The translations under genes were made by a program, and so were the position numbers. Below the pieces are notes generated by a model that ran no database searches, was not told where the DNA came from, and saw nothing but the letters and a program-made list of their open reading frames with translations. A stretch of 6,603 nucleotides of DNA from Candidatus Wukongarchaeum yapensis. GTDB taxonomy: Archaea > Asgardarchaeota > Wukongarchaeia > Wukongarchaeales > Wukongarchaeaceae. Position 1 is the first letter of the stretch; each line of letters opens with the position of its first letter. The DNA is taken from NCBI GenBank assembly GCA_016840425.1, contig JAEOSI010000128.1, forward strand, positions 1-6,603. Direction: 5' to 3'. Positions 5,491-6,603 of the stretch are shown in pieces.

Positions 5491-6603
5491 TTGGAGAAGT
5501 TAAAGTTTTGGCTCCTTGATATTAATTATAAGATGGAAGAAGGGCTTCCTATTATCTATTTATGGGGGAAGGATGAGCGTTCAAGGACGATACTTGTTAG
5601 AGAGGAAGGATTTCGCCCCTATATCTATCTACGTTTAAATGAAGGAGCGAACTTAGATAGAGTTATGGAAGAGGTTAGAAAGCTTTCCGGTGAGAAGAAT
5701 CCTATCCTTAAGGTTGAGCCTGTTAAAAAAAGTTTTTTTGGTAAAGAAGTTACTGTGGTAAAAGTTACTTGTACAAGTCCTCCGATGGTTCCTGTTTTAA
5801 GGGAGGAAGCAAGTAGAATTGAAGGTGTTTTGGAGTATCTTGAGGCAGACATAAGGTTTACACAGAGATATCTGATTGATATGGATTTTTTCCCTTGTTC
5901 TTGGGTTGAAATTAAGGTCGAAAAACGAGAAGAGAAAACAATAAAGAAAGGAAAAAAAGAAGGAGAAAAGAAAGCAGGAGTTAAGCGTTCTTTAAACGTT
6001 GATGAGATTTTTGTTTTATTAAAGCCACCAGAGCCTTTGGAGGAGGAGAGTAAAAGCCTAGATGTACCCCTTTTAAAAGTTTTTGTTTTTGATATTGAAA
6101 CCTATAATCCTCGAGGTACACCTTCTGCCGAAGTAGATCCTACGATAATTGTGGGTTTCTTATATTCAGAAGAAAGTAATGGGGAAGAGGTTGGTCAGGT
6201 TAAACTTTTTACAGCAGATAAGCTTGATGATAAGAAAGTTATCAAGGATTTTTCCAAGTTTTTGATAGATTGTGATCCAGATATTGTTATGACGTATAAT
6301 GGCAACTTTTTTGACTGGCCTTATCTTTTAGAGAGGGCTAAGAAAAACAAAGTGAAATTAATTGTCGGGAGAGATGGTTCTGAGCCCCACGCCTCAACTT
6401 ATGGTCATATAAGCGTTACTGGCCGGGGAAACGTGGATCTTTACGATCTTGCCAGGCAACTTTACGAGGTTAAAAGGAAGACTTTGGAGAATGTTGCAGA
6501 ATACTTAGGTGTTACAAAGATAAGTGAACGGGTTGAAATTAATAAATTGGATATTTGGAAGTTCTGGGACGATGAAAAGAAAAGAGAGACTCTCTTAAAT
6601 TAC
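5491..6603 (+). CDS. polB: Archaeal family B DNA polymerase (PolB3-like); N-terminal and 3'-5' exonuclease domains, partial, runs off the right edge
   Basis: Manual translation, 371 codons open to the edge: MEKLKFWLLDINYKMEEGLPIIYLWG...FRPYIY...PPMVPVLRE...LEADIRFTQRYLID...ExoI FDIETY (6088-6105), ExoII YNGNFFDWPYL (6295-6327), GRGNVDLY...KRKTLENVAEYLG, with ExoIII beginning at the edge (LLNY). Residues matching the archaeal uracil-binding pocket (LDINY, RPY, VP, EADI) are present. Confidence 0.96.
   Translation, partial: MEKLKFWLLDINYKMEEGLPIIYLWGKDERSRTILVREEGFRPYIYLRLNEGANLDRVMEEVRKLSGEKNPILKVEPVKKSFFGKEVTVVKVTCTSPPMVPVLREEASRIEGVLEYLEADIRFTQRYLIDMDFFPCSWVEIKVEKREEKTIKKGKKEGEKKAGVKRSLNVDEIFVLLKPPEPLEEESKSLDVPLLKVFVFDIETYNPRGTPSAEVDPTIIVGFLYSEESNGEEVGQVKLFTADKLDDKKVIKDFSKFLIDCDPDIVMTYNGNFFDWPYLLERAKKNKVKLIVGRDGSEPHASTYGHISVTGRGNVDLYDLARQLYEVKRKTLENVAEYLGVTKISERVEINKLDIWKFWDDEKKRETLLNY

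Noticed and set aside
5625-5852. Minus-strand 75-aa ORF
   Set aside because: Antisense to polB.
1-6603. tRNA, rRNA, CRISPR array, transposase/integrase or intein
   Set aside because: No cloverleaf-like sequence, regularly spaced repeats, recombinase motifs or intein motifs seen.

Overview
Archaeal chromosomal window, most likely from an Asgard archaeon (inferred from gene content, not a database search), with five genes. Two run off the window edges and are missing from the ORF track. (1) Minus strand, <1..1196, 3'-truncated, at least 398 aa: an apparent fusion of an N-terminal longin/uDENN-like domain and a Cys-rich V4R / TRAPP-Bet3-like domain. (2, 3) Two tandem Rab-like small GTPases (1440..2054 and 2287..2841, +), transcribed divergently from gene 1. 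(4) A 759-aa membrane-anchored surface protein with about six Ig/invasin-like beta repeats and 18 N-glycosylation sequons (3061..5340, +). (5) The 5' part of an archaeal family B DNA polymerase, PolB3-like (TTG start at 5491, runs off the right edge). The most interesting hypothesis is that the longin + Bet3/V4R fusion and the adjacent Rab-like pair form a single-chain proto-TRAPP GEF / Rab module. A strong inversion of third-codon-position strand bias also occurs inside the window. Domain calls come from manual translation and motif recognition only.
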